Source of the DNA: Octopus sinensis
Lineage: Eukaryota
Reading direction: 5' to 3'
Assembly (NCBI RefSeq): GCF_006345805.1
Contig: NC_043001.1
Location: 109,492,001-109,556,000, forward strand
Length of the DNA: 64,000 bases
In this document: positions 12,919-27,205 of the stretch, in pieces
Numbering within the stretch: the stretch's first letter is position 1
Layout of the letters: every line of letters starts with the position of its first letter
Notes under the pieces: model-generated
The model's database searches: none
What the model was told of the DNA's origin: nothing
The model's input: only the letters and a program-made list of their open reading frames with translations
Made by a program: the position numbers and the translations under genes

Positions 12919-13464
12919 GGCGGTGAGTTTGCACGTCCGTTAGAGCGTCGGAATGTTAAATTTCCGATTCGATTCCCACCGAGGTTAACTTCACCTTTCA
13001 CTGTTTCAAAATCGATAAAATAATATACCACTCAAGACCTGGGGTCGGTGCTTTCGACTAAATATTTCCTCTCTAAATTGCTTTTTCGTTAAATGTCACC
13101 CTGACTGTGTGTCTTGGTGGTTTTTTTTTTTTGTAATCTCTAAGACAAAAACACTGCATTTATGTTGTTATTTGATAACTCTAACTGAACTTCCTATCTT
13201 TGTGCAAGCCTTATCTGTGTTCATTTTTATGGAAAGATTTGATTTTTCACTGCAATCAAAACGTATTATTCATTCCTTCCCATGCACACTGAGCTTCTTT
13301 ACCAGTGTTACGTATTTTTATTCCATTTACATCCCATTCAGTTTTCGTCAGAGGTTGGCCAACCGGAGGCATATCTTGCTATCATTGTCTTATCTGACAT
13401 AGTTTTAATATTAATCAAGATATCTTTCCATTTCTTTTGCCATAGCTATGCTATTATTTTACCA

Positions 13465-13749
13465 GGCAATATTTCGTCTCTAGTAGACCTTTCCGTCGAT
13501 TTCCGTAAAAAACATTTTTTTTTTTACATATGGGCTTGCGGGAACTTTTGAAGTTCACACGCACACACACATGTACATCAATGCTTCCCATGCAGGCTAA
13601 CTTCAAAAGAACTTCCCTCGTCATACAATCGCTTTCTCTTAGTCTCTTTCGCTCTCATTACTGCAAAAGTTCCCGCAAGCCCATATGTAAAAAAAAAATG
13701 TTTTTTACGGAAATCGACGGAAAGGTCTACTAGAGACGTAAGATCGCCC
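13465..13749. mobile_element. MITE / fold-back element with ~76-bp near-perfect inverted arms
   Basis: 13475-13550 is the reverse complement of 13664-13738 except for one base of T-run length. Confidence 0.8.
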
Positions 13750-14619
13750 TTTACCATCTCTGCATTCCTTGACTTCCATGAAGAAAATAATTTTTTTCTA
13801 TTGTATTATATACGGGCGCAGGAGTGGCTGTGTGGTAAGTAGCTTGGTTACTAACCACATGGTTCCGGGTTCAGTCGCACTGCGTGGCACCTTGGGCAAG
13901 TGTCTTCTACAATATCTTCGGGCCAACCAAAGCCTTGTGAGTGGATTTGGTAGACGGAAACGGAAAGAAGACCGTCGTATATATGCATATAAATGTGTGT
14001 GTTTGTGTGTCTGTGTTTGTCCCTCCAACATCGCTCGACAACCGATGCTGGCGTGTTTACGTCCTCGTAACTTAGCGGTTCGGCAAAAGAGATCGATAGA
14101 ATAAGTACTACGCTTATAAAGAGTAAGTCTTGGGGTCGATTTGCTCGACTAAAAGGCGGTGCTCCAGCATGGCCGCAGTCAAATGAGTGAAACAAGTAAA
14201 AGAGTAAAAGAGTATATTTGTAAGGCGGTGAGTTGTCAGAAAGGTTAGCACGCCGGACGAAGTGCTTAGCGGTATTCCGCCCGTCGCTACGTTCTGAGTT
14301 CAAATTCCACCGTGGTCGACTTTTCCTTTCATCCTTTCAGAGTCGATAAATTAAGTACCAGTTACGCACTGGGATCGATATAATCGACTTAATCCGTCTG
14401 TCTGTCCTTGTTTGTCTCCTCTGTGTTTAGCCCCTTGTGGGTAGTAAAGAAATAGGTATTCCGCCCGTCGCTACGTTCTGAGTTCAAATTCCAACGTGGT
14501 CGACTTTTCCTTTCATCCTTTCGGGATCGATAAATTAAGTACCAGTGGGCCCATCAAAATTTCAGGCCTTGTGCGCCTAGAGTAGAAAGGATTTTATAGA
14601 TATTTGTATAAATCGTAAA

Positions 14620-15540
14620 TATCATCAAGTCTCGATTACCACATTTTAAACGTAGTCGTTATTTCCTCCCTGTTTTGTCAAGTCTTGCTAATTATTTAGC
14701 TCCCAATTGAGAATATAATTATAACTTGAAATTTGGCCAGTTAGAATATTTAGCTTTGTGATCCTAATATTAATCTAATTCATTTATATTCGTTGCTGCC
14801 ATATTGTTCATTGATCCCTACGTATTTTAGGTGTGCTTATTGTAATTCTCTAATCCCTGTCTGTATATCTTGTATAATATTATGCACTTAATTAATTACC
14901 CTGTATTCAGTATTGTCTTAGCAGTTTATTCTGATGCGATTTATCATATTAGTTTCTGAATTAAATCTGTAAAATATTAGTAGCTGTGATTCTAGCGACT
15001 TGTCTCCTCCAGCATTCATCTGGAGATCATCTGCTTAGGAGACAAAAATAGTCCATCGACATTTCATAACATTTGTACACCTGTGCGATGTTATTTCATA
15101 CGCTAAAGTTGCTTTCATCAAGCATTAAAGCAATGAGGCTTAGAAGCTCAATTGGAATTGTATTATTCCAAAGGAAATGGCGTTGACTTGATTATACTTT
15201 TACGCACAGCTCCATATTTCTTTGCTCTCATCGTAGGATAAATATACATACTTACGATTTGTGCTACATTACTCGTTGCTAATTGTTCCATGATCGACAG
15301 ATTTTGAATACCTTTAAGCTCCTAGGATTAACCGCTTTCTTTTCTTTCCACAGATTTCTGTTATGGTTTTCTTATCAGAGATCGATCTACGTAGCTATAC
15401 AAGCCGTTTCCGGTTACACTCCTCTTAGTGCGAAATATGTAGTCTTTTGATAATTGTTCACTCATTCATTGCAAGTAAGGATTTGCAAGGCGAAGGACGG
15501 GAGATTATAGATCTTCAGTTTTCAAAATCCCCTCTCTTTT
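14620..15540 (-). mobile_element. Highly degenerate R4/Dong-like reverse transcriptase fragment
   Basis: Broken frames give IA*IDL, FGIIQ, S*ADDL (YADD-like), LKYVGINE (YKYLG-like) and NW...RLDKTGRK in the expected order. Confidence 0.55.
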
Positions 15541-15676
15541 TGGTTCCGGTCTAATGTCTTTATTATTATTATTTTTTTTTTTTTTTCCCTTATATTACCA
15601 GGTGTTGCCCAATTCTGGTTTATTATCACCATGATAGATCGGTAGCCACTATACACATTCTTTCTCTCTCCTTGTT

Positions 15677-15714
15677 TCTTTCTGTGGAAGAGCGTAGGCT
15701 CGAAACGTAAAAGA
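15677..15714 (+). ncRNA. Minimal hammerhead-like motif with variant core CUGUGGA
   Basis: TCTTT CTGTGGA A GAGC GTAG GCTC GAAA CG TA AAAGA; stems I and II pair perfectly. A decayed sibling lies at 42271-42308. Confidence 0.55.
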
Positions 15715-15801
15715 CTTTTCCAATTCTCGAACCTTATACTAATACATCTGTTTGTTGTCTACACCACCTGTCTTCGTCTTTTGTTTTTTTTTTTAATCCC
15801 C

Positions 15802-15862
<61 letters not shown>

Positions 15863-16482
15863 AATACGATTTTGTTTTCTATTAAAATATTTTAATAAGG
15901 AATTGCGGATGTGGTAATGCCTCATTGAAATCCAGTTTAACGAAAAATATTATATTCATCGTGCGCAAAAAGTAGGCAGTGGCCACTACAAGATGTACAT
16001 CTTAAGAATGTATTGTAACATTACATGGATGACACGTGACAAACGTGACGGTTATAAAGGTACCACAGTATAGAGAAAACTACCGCAATCACCCCAGCAG
16101 TTGAATATAAAGAGGACAAAATGCTATTTCCTTTATGTTATAGTTTGTTCCTTCTCGGACCATGCCTGGCTCATAAGGGACGGTTTCCTTGGCGTATAGG
16201 TTCCCTACTTGGACGGGACGCCGGTCCATAGCAGGAGGAAAGAGGGAGAGAAATTTGTGGCAAATTTCGCCATTACCTTCTGCCGCGTGGAGTTTAGGGG
16301 TTTCGCTCATAACCACACACATCGCCCGGTCTGAGATTCGAACCTGCAATCCTTCGTCCGCGAGTCCGCTGCTCTAACCACTAGGCCATGTGCCTCCACC
16401 TTATTATGTTATAGTTATCCGCTCTTAATTCATACCTACAAAGTCTCCAAACGATAAAGACAATAAGGATGATGAGGATGAC

Positions 16483-16537
<55 letters not shown>

Positions 16538-17244
16538 TGATGATGTAACGTTTGTCACCGTTAATGGTGAAGCATTATGATCGTGATCTCTGTCCTATGT
16601 TTCCTGACTGAGATTTCTTCTAAGAAATGTCGAATACTTAATCTAAATCTATATAAATGTATGTATTTGAGAGGGTAATTGGATAATTGATATAAAATCA
16701 GCTGTAAAATTGACAATAGCAATTTCATTCGATTTACTCTCAAAAGAAATCCCTGAAACAGAAAGGGTCTATCTACTCAACTCTTTTATTCATCGCAATA
16801 CCGACCCTTTGCGAATGTTGCACAATATCTAATGAGTGTTATGGCCATAAAAAAATAGCAAATTTGTCTGGGGAAAAATATCAATGATAAGAGATTAACT
16901 CTAAATTTATTAGTATCCCTTGCAAATTAGAATAATTTGTATTCATAGCATAAATTACATCGAATGAACCTCGTAACGCATTTAATCGTTTTGTCTCTTA
17001 ACATAAAATTCCTGTTAACATTTGGTTTTTCTAAATGAAAATAAACACGCAATTAGGTTCAAAACACAATCATTTACAACTCACGTTCCACACTAGAAAT
17101 ACATGCTTAATTCCTTTTAAAGGCAAATTAAATTAACATGTTTCAGAAAATATGACATGTCGGAATGCTTTTGCTGCCCAGAATTTTTGTGCTATTTACA
17201 AAGTGTCCTTTATACAGATCATTGAATTTTGCATTATTTTTATT

Positions 17245-17347
<103 letters not shown>

Positions 17348-19565
17348 TTTTGCTTTCTGTTATTTACTGCTTTTCTGTTTTTTAGAGGTAACAGAAAAGG
17401 TGAGCTTGTATTTTCTTTTGTTTTGACATTACAGATCCGATTGGATAGAAATAGTTTTACAAGATTATATCGTGGATGATGATTACAATATGAATAAATG
17501 TTAACTTTGCGGAAAACATCTGAAATAAATAAAAATGAAATCCTAGGTGTTGGGCAGAGGATTGTTACCTTGCTTCATTTGTGATATTCTATGAAAAAAA
17601 ATTGTTTAACGTACGCCACTTAAAGAGATATGAGTGCTACCATCTCCCTGGTTTGTTTTTACAACAATGACGAACACATAATGTGTGTTTTATTTCTCCC
17701 AAGAAGGTTACTGCGCAAAATGTTAAGGAGTTTGGTCGTGGTATTCCGGGAAAATATATTACATTTACAACTTTTTGTATTTGAAATATTAGAACGAAAA
17801 CCAGAAATAAAAGTCGACATTCTGAGTGAAATCATTAAATGATTATTAAGCTATTTTATTAATTTGTATAATTTATCACTAAACTATATTAAATTATTCC
17901 CTTAAAATGTTAAGCTCATAAAATATGATAGGATAATTGCGATAAACATGTTCATCCCGCGCTTGTAGTAGTTAAGCTAACTGCATAATCATAGAAGTTG
18001 ATATGAGACCAATATTTATAGATTATTTAGTGTAATGCATCTAAGACATGTATGTGTTTTCATGGATGTAGTTATTAATATTAACTGTCACAGGTGACGT
18101 AATAACATTTCTAGATACACTTGTACTTAAAAACAGTTGAATAAACATATATAATAAATATTTCATATCGATGCAAAAAAAATATCATTCAGAGAATATG
18201 AACTCTTTTATAAATTGTGTTGTAATAAATACTTCAAACATAGATTTTCCATTTACAACTTTTATGTATATAATGAATTAGTGGTAAGCAATTATAGCTT
18301 ATTGAAGTACATTCAGATTGAAAACTGTGTAAAGTAGTCTGGATAATCACCTTTTCAAAGCAAAATCCATTGTATGAAGAGTTAAATGGTATAAGATATG
18401 ACAATGTACAATAATGGAGCTTAAAATATGATAAACCTGTTTGTCAAATTGCTTTATAAAGTGTCACGCACGTAGGGTATATGAATTATAAAACAAATGA
18501 GATAAGACGTATAAACATATATATATATGTATATATAGGTACTTGTATATATATATATATAAATATATAAGTACGTATGTATGTATATATACACACGTAG
18601 AGATGTGTGTGTGTGTACGTATATGTATATATAGAGGTATGTATATTTATATGCATATATTTACGTATGTATGTATATATAAATATATATATACATATAT
18701 ATACATATATATATACATATGTGTGTGTGTATATATATATATATACATACACATACAAGAAGGTGTTTATAATCACCCCACATTATTTTTTGGTTAATAC
18801 CATATAGATTTCTGGTGCATCTAAGTTAAGTACCGCATTCATGTGAATTCATTGGAACTCACTTGAATCTTAATTGTTTTTACTGAATATATATTCATAT
18901 ATATATAGTTCATACGAAATGCATAGATATAGCATCCATAAATATCGCTTGTGAATTCATATATATCTTTGCTAAAAGTAGAGTCGTTTCAAATCATGTA
19001 TATAATTAATTATGACAATTATTGACTGATATCAAACCAAAGAGTGCTGGTTGTGTTATTTCCCAAACGTTTTAAACATATACTCATAAAGTGAACGGTC
19101 TTTGAACGATATGTTTTACTTGAATATTAAATGTAAATAATTTTCTGAAATATTTTAAATTTAGTCTATTACTAATATTTCCCAGATTTTAAATGTTATT
19201 TTATACAACAAAGCAAAATATTTTCCAGAATCCACTTCAAAATATAATAATATTTGAAGCATTCAGCAGATTAGAAAAAATACTAATTCGTTAAATGTAT
19301 TTATATCAATTTAATATAAGACATCATACTTGAAAAATATTTAAATACACTAAACTTCAAAGGATGTAAAACATTCATAAAAGCATATTAGTTATTGAAT
19401 CAAACATGAAGTAACAACCTACATACATACGTACATACATACATATATACACACATACATATACAAGAATAAAGAATATATATATAAGAATATAAGAATA
19501 TATATATATATACATAACACACACACACACACACCCAACACACACACACACACACACACACACCA

Positions 19566-19618
<53 letters not shown>

Positions 19619-19806
19619 ATATATATAATAAAACAATACTGGGAGGAAAAAAGAGACGGAACGAAGCGAAAATTCGAACGAACCACGACGCGAAGCGCTT
19701 GACCAACAAGCAAACAACTAACGTCCGTTCTTGTGTTTTCTTGTCCCGTTTTTGTATCATCTAACTGTCTGGATGTCTTGCCTACGTGTCCCATTTTTTG
19801 TATTCC

Positions 19807-19852
<46 letters not shown>

Positions 19853-19974
19853 TATAGATATTATTATATAAATAAAATTAATCCAAACAAGAAAGCACAA
19901 AAACACACACAACGCGAGGACGTGGAACAATATATAGTATTATTGGACGCTCAGGAAAGAAGGGAAGAAGGAGG

Positions 19975-20009
19975 GTTTAACGTTTCGAGCGGAGCTCTTC
20001 GTCGGAAAC
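19975..20009 (-). ncRNA. Minimal hammerhead-like motif with variant core CCGACGA
   Basis: GTTT CCGACGA A GAGC TCC GCTC GAAA CG TT AAAC. Confidence 0.55.
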
Positions 20010-20267
20010 ATAGGAGAAGGAAAGATCCAGAGAAGGGAAGACAGAGGGAAAAAATCGCTAACGGTACACACGCGGTCACATTTTATATATATATACATAT
20101 ATATGTATGTATGTGTGTGTGTGTAGATTTAAAATGTGACAATTATTGTCACATATTACAGATAACTTCCTCTATTTGTATAATATCGAGGTCTCTTTCA
20201 TTCTTTTGTTGTCTTACCATTTCTATCAACACACGCACACACACACACACACACGCACACACACACG

Positions 20268-20304
<37 letters not shown>

Positions 20305-21699
20305 GATATAACATAGTATAATTTACTGTCCTGATAAGATAAGATCACCAAATAAGTACACCATCCAGTAAGAGATAAATATTATATAATGTTCACAGTA
20401 TATGGATAAGACCTGCTTAAAACAGGGTTTTATATATATTTACTGAACATACGACAAAATCATGAGGAGATGTTTGGTTGGTCTGAGAGTTTAGTAGAAG
20501 ACACTTGCTCAAATTGCCACGCAGTAGGACTGAACTAGGAACCATTTACCTGAGAAGCATTCTTCTTATAATATAATTACAACTGCACCAACATAAAACA
20601 CACATACACACACACATGAATATCTGCTTCTACTTCTCTCTCTCTTCTCTTCTCCTCCTTAATTCTTCTCTCCCTCTGCTTCTAAGCTTGCTCTTTCTTT
20701 CTTGGTCTGATCGTGGTCCGTGCAACATCGATATTCTTCCCTGTGTTTCGAGAAATACTTATATCCCTGCCGTAAGACTTCATTTCCACATGTGCCAGCT
20801 TAATTCAATTCGTCCTTATTCGAAAGACACCTGTTGTTATGTCCCGTTATTATTTTTATTGTATTTATATTTGTGTAACATTATCCGCTTTTTCCGTTCT
20901 TGCTTTTGTTTACAATCGATTCATTCTTACAAGAAATCTAATGCTCTTAGCTTAGTTTTTCCTTGGGGCTGGCCATATTGGAGCAATCTCAAAAATAATC
21001 AGCCGAAATGGCGAGGATAATCTGGTGCTTGACTGAAGAAAGAAAACTTCGAATGACCCTTCCTTGCTTTGTTTGTATCGTCTATCTGGATGTTTTGTTG
21101 TCCCATTTTTGTATCACCTAGCTGTCAGGATGTTTTGCCGACAGTATTATATATATATATATATATATATATAGTTAATCCAAACAAGAAAACACAGAAA
21201 AAAAAAACACAGCAACGCGAGGACGTAGAACAATTAAAGTATTTTGTGTGTATATATATATACACACAAAATTTCTTACTAATTCTCAGACGTATTAGTG
21301 TAGAAGTGCAGGCAGTTCAAAATGCACAGAGGGTGTATAAGCAGATTTATTTATATTAATATATTTAAACGATTTCATATGTGTGCGATTTTAAAAAGTG
21401 TAGATTTTGAGGACTTGGATCTGTGTCCCAAACTTTATCATTTCTAGCCGTTTTAAAATTCGTTAGTTCTTAGAGCGAGAATGGGGCTCAGGATTTTCAC
21501 GTAGCGTGGTGTGGGATATTTTGATCAGTTCCCTTCTATGTCAGTGTATTAAGGTCAAGCGGACAGCTGCACATGAGATCACATCGTCTGTCCAGTAGAG
21601 ATATCATATGAGTCAGAACAATAACAAATGGACGTTGAAAGCCGTACCCTAACTTATGATTGTTTTAGCCTGTAGGATATGCCAAGTAGCTAAATAAAC

Positions 21700-22710
21700 A
21701 GCCTATGACCAGCTTAAATGAGTAAAGTAACTATATGAGCGGCTTATGACCAGCTTAAAAGAGTAAAGTAGATGTATAAGCAGCTTATGAGAAACTTTAA
21801 AGTGTAAAGTAAGAGTGGTGGAAGCACTCCGTCGGTTACGACGATGAGGGTTCCGGTTGATCTGATCAACGGAACAACCTGCTCCTGAAATTAACGTGTA
21901 AGTGGCTGAGCACTCCACAGACACGTGTACCCTTAACGTAGTTCTCGGGGATATTCAGTGTGACACAAAGAGTGACAAGGCCGGCCCTTTGAAATACAGG
22001 TACAACAGAAACAGGAAGTAAGAGTGAGAGAAAGTTGTGGTGAAATGTACAGCAGGGATCACCACCATCCCTGCCGGAGCCTCGTGGAGCTTTAGGTGTT
22101 TTCGCTCAATAAACACTCACAACGCCCGGTCTGGGAATCGAAACCGCGATCCTACGACCGCGAGTCCGCTGCCCTAACCACTGGGCCATTGCGCCTCCAA
22201 AGTAAGAGTATGCGCAGCTTAAAAGAGTAAAGTAGCAGTATGAGCAGCTTGAATGAGTAGATGTATGAGCAACTTAAATGAGTATAGTATCTATATGAGC
22301 AGCTTATGAGCAACTTTAAAGAGTAAAGTAGGTGTATGAGCAGCTGAAATGCGTAAATTAGATGTATGAGCAGGTTATAAGCAGCTTAAATGAGTACAGT
22401 AGTTCTATGAGTAGTTTATGAACAGCTTAAATTAGTAAAGTAGCTGTATGAGCAGCTGAAATGAGTAAATTAAATGTATAAGCAGCCTATGTGCAGCTTA
22501 AATGAGTGAAGTAACGTAAATGAGTAAAGTAGCTTATGAGCAGGTTAAATGAGTAAAGTAGCTGTATGAGTAACCTAAGTGAGTAAAGTAACTATATGAG
22601 CGGCTTAAATGAGTTAAGTAGAGGAATAAGCAGCTTCTGAGCAGCTTTAAGGAGTAAAGTAGGTGTATGAGCAGGTTATGACCAACTTAAATGAGTAAAG
22701 TAGGTGTATG
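21700..22710. repeat. ~30-bp minisatellite with optional 11-bp subunit, interrupted by a SINE
   Basis: Consensus gagcagcttaaatgagtaaagtagctgtat plus gagcagcttat. Confidence 0.9.
21817..22198 (-). mobile_element. Full-length tRNA(Arg)-like-headed SINE family C with TSD
   Basis: A-box tggcccagtgg, B-box ggtttcgattcc; 11-bp TSD aaagtaagagt at 21806-21816 and 22199-22209. Confidence 0.92.
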
Positions 22711-23315
22711 TGTAGCTTCAATATTTTTCATGCAGCCAATTTGTGGTGACGCCTTAGTGACGTATTTACAACTTAGTGAATGATTCATTCTTCCTTACGA
22801 TATTCTTATAATAAATCATCTGAAAAAAAAAAACGTTTCTTTAAAACTGTTTAGAACACATCAAGGTAAATATAACTGTAGTAAAAAAAAATTAATTTTA
22901 TTCTTAAGTTTCACATGTATTTAAATACGCTGTACATGGTCAGTAAATGTAAATAGAAAAGCAAAAGCGGAGTGTAGGGGGTAGAGAAATAAAGAAGAGT
23001 ATGTGCGTGTGTGTTTGTAGACGCGTTGCTCATTCGTCAATAATTTTCACCAAAAGTGCAAGCTATGGATTAGTTCGGTTGGCTCTAAGCACCAGTTTTG
23101 ATGACACCACGTCATACATGGGTTTCATTGCCGTATATTCTAAAATTATGTTAAGTTACTGGCTGTGTGGTAAGTAGCTTGCTTACCAACCACACGGGTC
23201 CGGGTTCAGTCTCACTGCGTGGCACCTTGGTTAAGTGTCTTCTACTATAGCCTCGGGCCGACCAAAGCCTTGTGAGTGGATTTGGTAGAGAGAAACTGAA
23301 AGAAGCCCGTTGTAT

Positions 23316-23359
<44 letters not shown>

Positions 23360-23745
23360 TGTGTGTGTGTGTTTGTGTGCCTGTGTTTGTCCCCCCAACA
23401 TCGCTTGAGAACCGATGCTGGTGTTTACGCCCCCGTAACTTAGCGGTTCGGCCAAAGAGACCGATAGAATAAGTACCATGCTTACAAAGAATAAATCCCG
23501 ATAAATCCCGGGTTCGATTTGCTCGACTAAAGGCGGTGCTCCAGCATGGCCACAGTCACATGACTGAAACAAGTAAAAGAGTAAGTTATAATCGTATATT
23601 TTTCGCACTGCATGGGCCTTTCGAATTAGATATATAATTCTCATCGCATCAAAAATGCCTCACATAATCGTCGTTTATTCACACAGCGGGTGGATCATAT
23701 ATGAGTAATTAATGCTAGTTTCTGGTTAATCTATTTATTGCCTTA

Positions 23746-24118
23746 CTAGCAGTATCGCCCGGCGTTGCTCAGGTTTGTAAGGGAAATAACTGTAAAGCAT
23801 TTTTAGAGAGTTATAGCCAAAAAATGGAAAAAAATGATGGTAAATTTTTTCGGAGAGTAAAAAAAGGTGGAGTTGCGTCCCCTAGACAGTTTGCGGTTTG
23901 TGTTTCTGATTCTCGACCCCATGTCGAATTTATCTATTTTTTTCAGAACTGGGGGAACTTTTCAAAATTTTCGCTGCGTTAGTTTTGAATTATGACATTG
24001 GGCTATGTGTGTGTCAAGTTTCATCAGAATCGGTTGAAAGCCGTGGTCAGGGTGAGGGTACAAGCAAACAGACACACAGAAGCACGCACAGACAAACTGC
24101 CGTTTATATAGAGAGAGA
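23746..24118 (-). mobile_element. Non-autonomous Helitron with the same 3' end and a different body
   Basis: A|TC...CTAG|T on the minus strand; the last ~45 nt match 7345-7392. Confidence 0.78.
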
Positions 24119-24242
24119 TTTCAGGCAACCAGGACCTCGCAAGAAGTGGAGTAATGTTAAATAAATTAAAACAACTTCAAGGAATTTGAAACACTCACTG
24201 AAAGCTTGCTGCATAATACTTTATCAATATAATTCCACCGAT

Positions 24243-24790
24243 TAAGGCAGCGAGCTAGCAAGAACCGTTAGCATGCCGGGCGTAATTCTTAAAGGTATTT
24301 CGTCTGTCTTTACGTTCTGAGTTCAAATTCCGCCGAGGTTGACTTCGCCTTTCTTCCTTTCGGGGTCGATGAATTAAGTACCAGTAATGTACTGGGGTCG
24401 GTGTAATCGATTTTATCTCTTTGTCCACCCTTGTTTATCCCCTCTATGTTGAGCCCCTTGTGGGCAATAAAGAAATAAGAAACGTTAGCACACCGGGCAA
24501 AATGCTTAGCAGTATATCGTCTGCCGCTACGTTCTGAGTTCAAATTCCGACGAGGTCGACTTTGCCTTTTATCCATTCGGGGTCGATAGATAAAGTACCA
24601 GTTACGCACTAGGGTCGATATAATCGACTTAATCCCTTTGTCTGTCCTTGTTTGTCCTCTCTGTGTTTAGCCCCTTGTGGGTAGTAAAAAAATAGGTTTT
24701 TCGTCTGTCGTTACGTTCTGAGCTCAAATTCCACCGATGTCGACTTTGCCTTTCATCCTTTCGTGGGGTCGATAAATTAAGTACCAGTTG
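24243..24790 (+). mobile_element. Family B SINE tandem multimer
   Basis: Three consecutive units, the third truncated. Confidence 0.85.
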
Positions 24791-25593
24791 CCTAGAAGTA
24801 CAAAAGCATATATATTTTCATTCATGCATTGTACATATAAATAAGTGCATGCGTGTAGAATGATTGTGTTTGATTACTAAGATATAATCATGAATATATG
24901 ATGTTGCGTGTGTGACTCTGAACGAGATATAGATAAAATGGTAAGGCCTAAGAAGACAAAACAAGGAAATAATAAAAAACAACAACATATAACCAGACGT
25001 CAATAACTACTTAAAGCTCTCCGTATTATCAATTATTTAATGGAGAATCCTTATTGAATTTAATTTAGTCCAAAATATGATTTCCTTTTTTCTCTTTTTT
25101 TCTTTAATTATTGTACTTCTAAAGTTTCCTTAAAGCTGTTAAGATATTGCTGAATGTAACTTCGTCCAACATATGAATAGCTGTTCTGTTTTTGTTTTTT
25201 TTTCCACTTTTACATAATATTTTTAGAGTTTTCTTAAAGCTATTAAGATATTGTCAGTTTTACACTGTTTAGGATTCAGCAGTGAAATAAAATTTAATGG
25301 AAAATATGTAGATAAGATATTTATTTCAAAAATATAATGTTGAAATAAATCTTCCCGAAATCCTGGTATTTCCTAAGTCTTCTTATTTCCTAATCATTCT
25401 TACGTGTAAGTTATTTCCAAAGATATTCTATAGAATTTAGAGCCAGCACTGACAGTTGCGATGCTTACAAATACGTCAGAATTGGTAACAGGTGTATATG
25501 CATATTTCATCAGTTATCACTCCTTCTTCAGCAACCCATTAACCATCCATAAACACATTGCTTAAATAACCTCTAAATTTACGTATCCTAATA

Positions 25594-25690
25594 CAGTAAT
25601 CCCTCGCCATATTGCGGTTCAATTATCGCGGTTTATTATTTTAGCTTACGTCGATTTCTCCGTAGTGTTTTTTATAAAATTTATAGTAAA
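25594..25690 (+). mobile_element. pogo/Tigger-like TIR fragment
   Basis: TA|CAGTAATCCCTCGCCATATTGCGGTTC; the other end was not found. Confidence 0.45.
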
Positions 25691-25719
25691 AGAATATATA
25701 CAAATTATAAAAATAATCA

Positions 25720-26235
25720 TTTCTACTATAGCCACAAGGCCTGAAATTTGGGGGAGGGGACTGATCGATCATATCGACCCCAGTTAGAAAAACAAGTGGA
25801 CGAATACACAGACGGATAAATACAGATTCTCGTTTCTACTCTAGACACAAGGCCCGACACTTTTGGGGAGGGGTCCAGTCGAGTAGATCGATCCCAGTAC
25901 GCAACTGGCACTTAATTAATCGGCTTCAAAAGGATGAACGGCAAAGTTCTCCTCGACGGAATTTGAACTCAGAACGTAAAGAAAGAAGAAATATCTATTT
26001 CTTTATTGCCCATGGGTGGGAGGGGGGCAGATATAGAGTCGACAAACAAGGACAGACAAAGAGATTAAGTCGATTACATCGACCCCAGTGCGTAACTGGT
26101 ACTTATTTAATCGACCCAGAAAGGATGAAAGGCAAAGTCGACCTCGGCGGAACTTGAACTGAGAACGTAACGGCAGACGAAATACCACTAAGCATTTCGC
26201 CCGGCGTGCTAACGATTCTGCCAGCTCGCCGCCTT
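25720..26235 (-). mobile_element. Family B SINE multimer mixing the two tail types
   Basis: Head at ~26235, junction at 25995/25996, two ccctcccccaaatttcaggccttgtg-type tails at 25720-25900. Confidence 0.75.
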
Positions 26236-27166
26236 TGGTTAAATATAGATTCTCAACAGATGTGTGTCCCTTCCCTCAATACCAATCCTTTACGAATTTG
26301 TCGGGCAAATACAAGCTACATTTCTATGACAGTCGAGCTTTCGTTTCCTTTGACTTTTTCTCCATTTCGCTTCCAACATCAGCATTGAATGACTGAATGA
26401 GTTGTTCTTGCCATCAGTACGACTCTTCTTAACATCAAATTAGCTTTATTATTTTTTCCGCTTCGAAAATCGTAACAAAGTATATTCATATCCTGTTTGT
26501 GTCTGCGGAGAGTCATTTTCTTTTGGTGCCTTATAATTTAACACAATCACCGATAAAATTTCCACTTATTTCTTATTTTTATGTTCCTAAAACTTTCGTT
26601 GCGTCTTACAATAACTTACTGGTGAGTGTGTTAAATTATAAGGCACAAAAAGAAAATGACTCTCCCCAGAATATGCTTCAACACACATAACTCATATAAA
26701 GAATCTTGCAAACGAAATGTATTTATATCCTTTTCCGTTTTATTTTTTTTTAAATATCTACAGATTTATTTCCTTCCTATTTTCTTCATTTTAATTTACT
26801 TTCCTGATTTTGTGCTATTGTTTTCTTATTCGTCGTATGGGTAGAGTAAAATTTGTTTTCGCACGTCTGTGTATAAAATAGAAAGGCCTTAACCTTAAAT
26901 CATACTTAGTAATCGAAATATTCCTAAAATATTCATTGCTAAATAACCCTTTGTATTTTAATATAATCCTGAAAGGGAAATTAATACAAATGATAAAGCG
27001 ATGACATCAGCAGGAACAAAATATACACAAGAAATTAGACATCTAGAAATAAAATCTTTATCTAAAACCTACGTGAAAGCCGAGCAGTGGACGAAAAATA
27101 TTGAATTGTGAATTGTTTTACATGTCTAAGATTGTTGAAAATTGTTTTACATGTCTAAGATGCTTC

Positions 27167-27205
<39 letters not shown>

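Noticed and set aside
21817-22198. tRNA-like sequences as true tRNA genes
   Set aside because: They have A and B boxes but no complete acceptor stem, continue into SINE bodies, are multi-copy and have TSDs.
27095-27162. Short direct duplication (aattgtttttacatgtctaagat-like)
   Set aside because: Ordinary local slippage with no associated structure.
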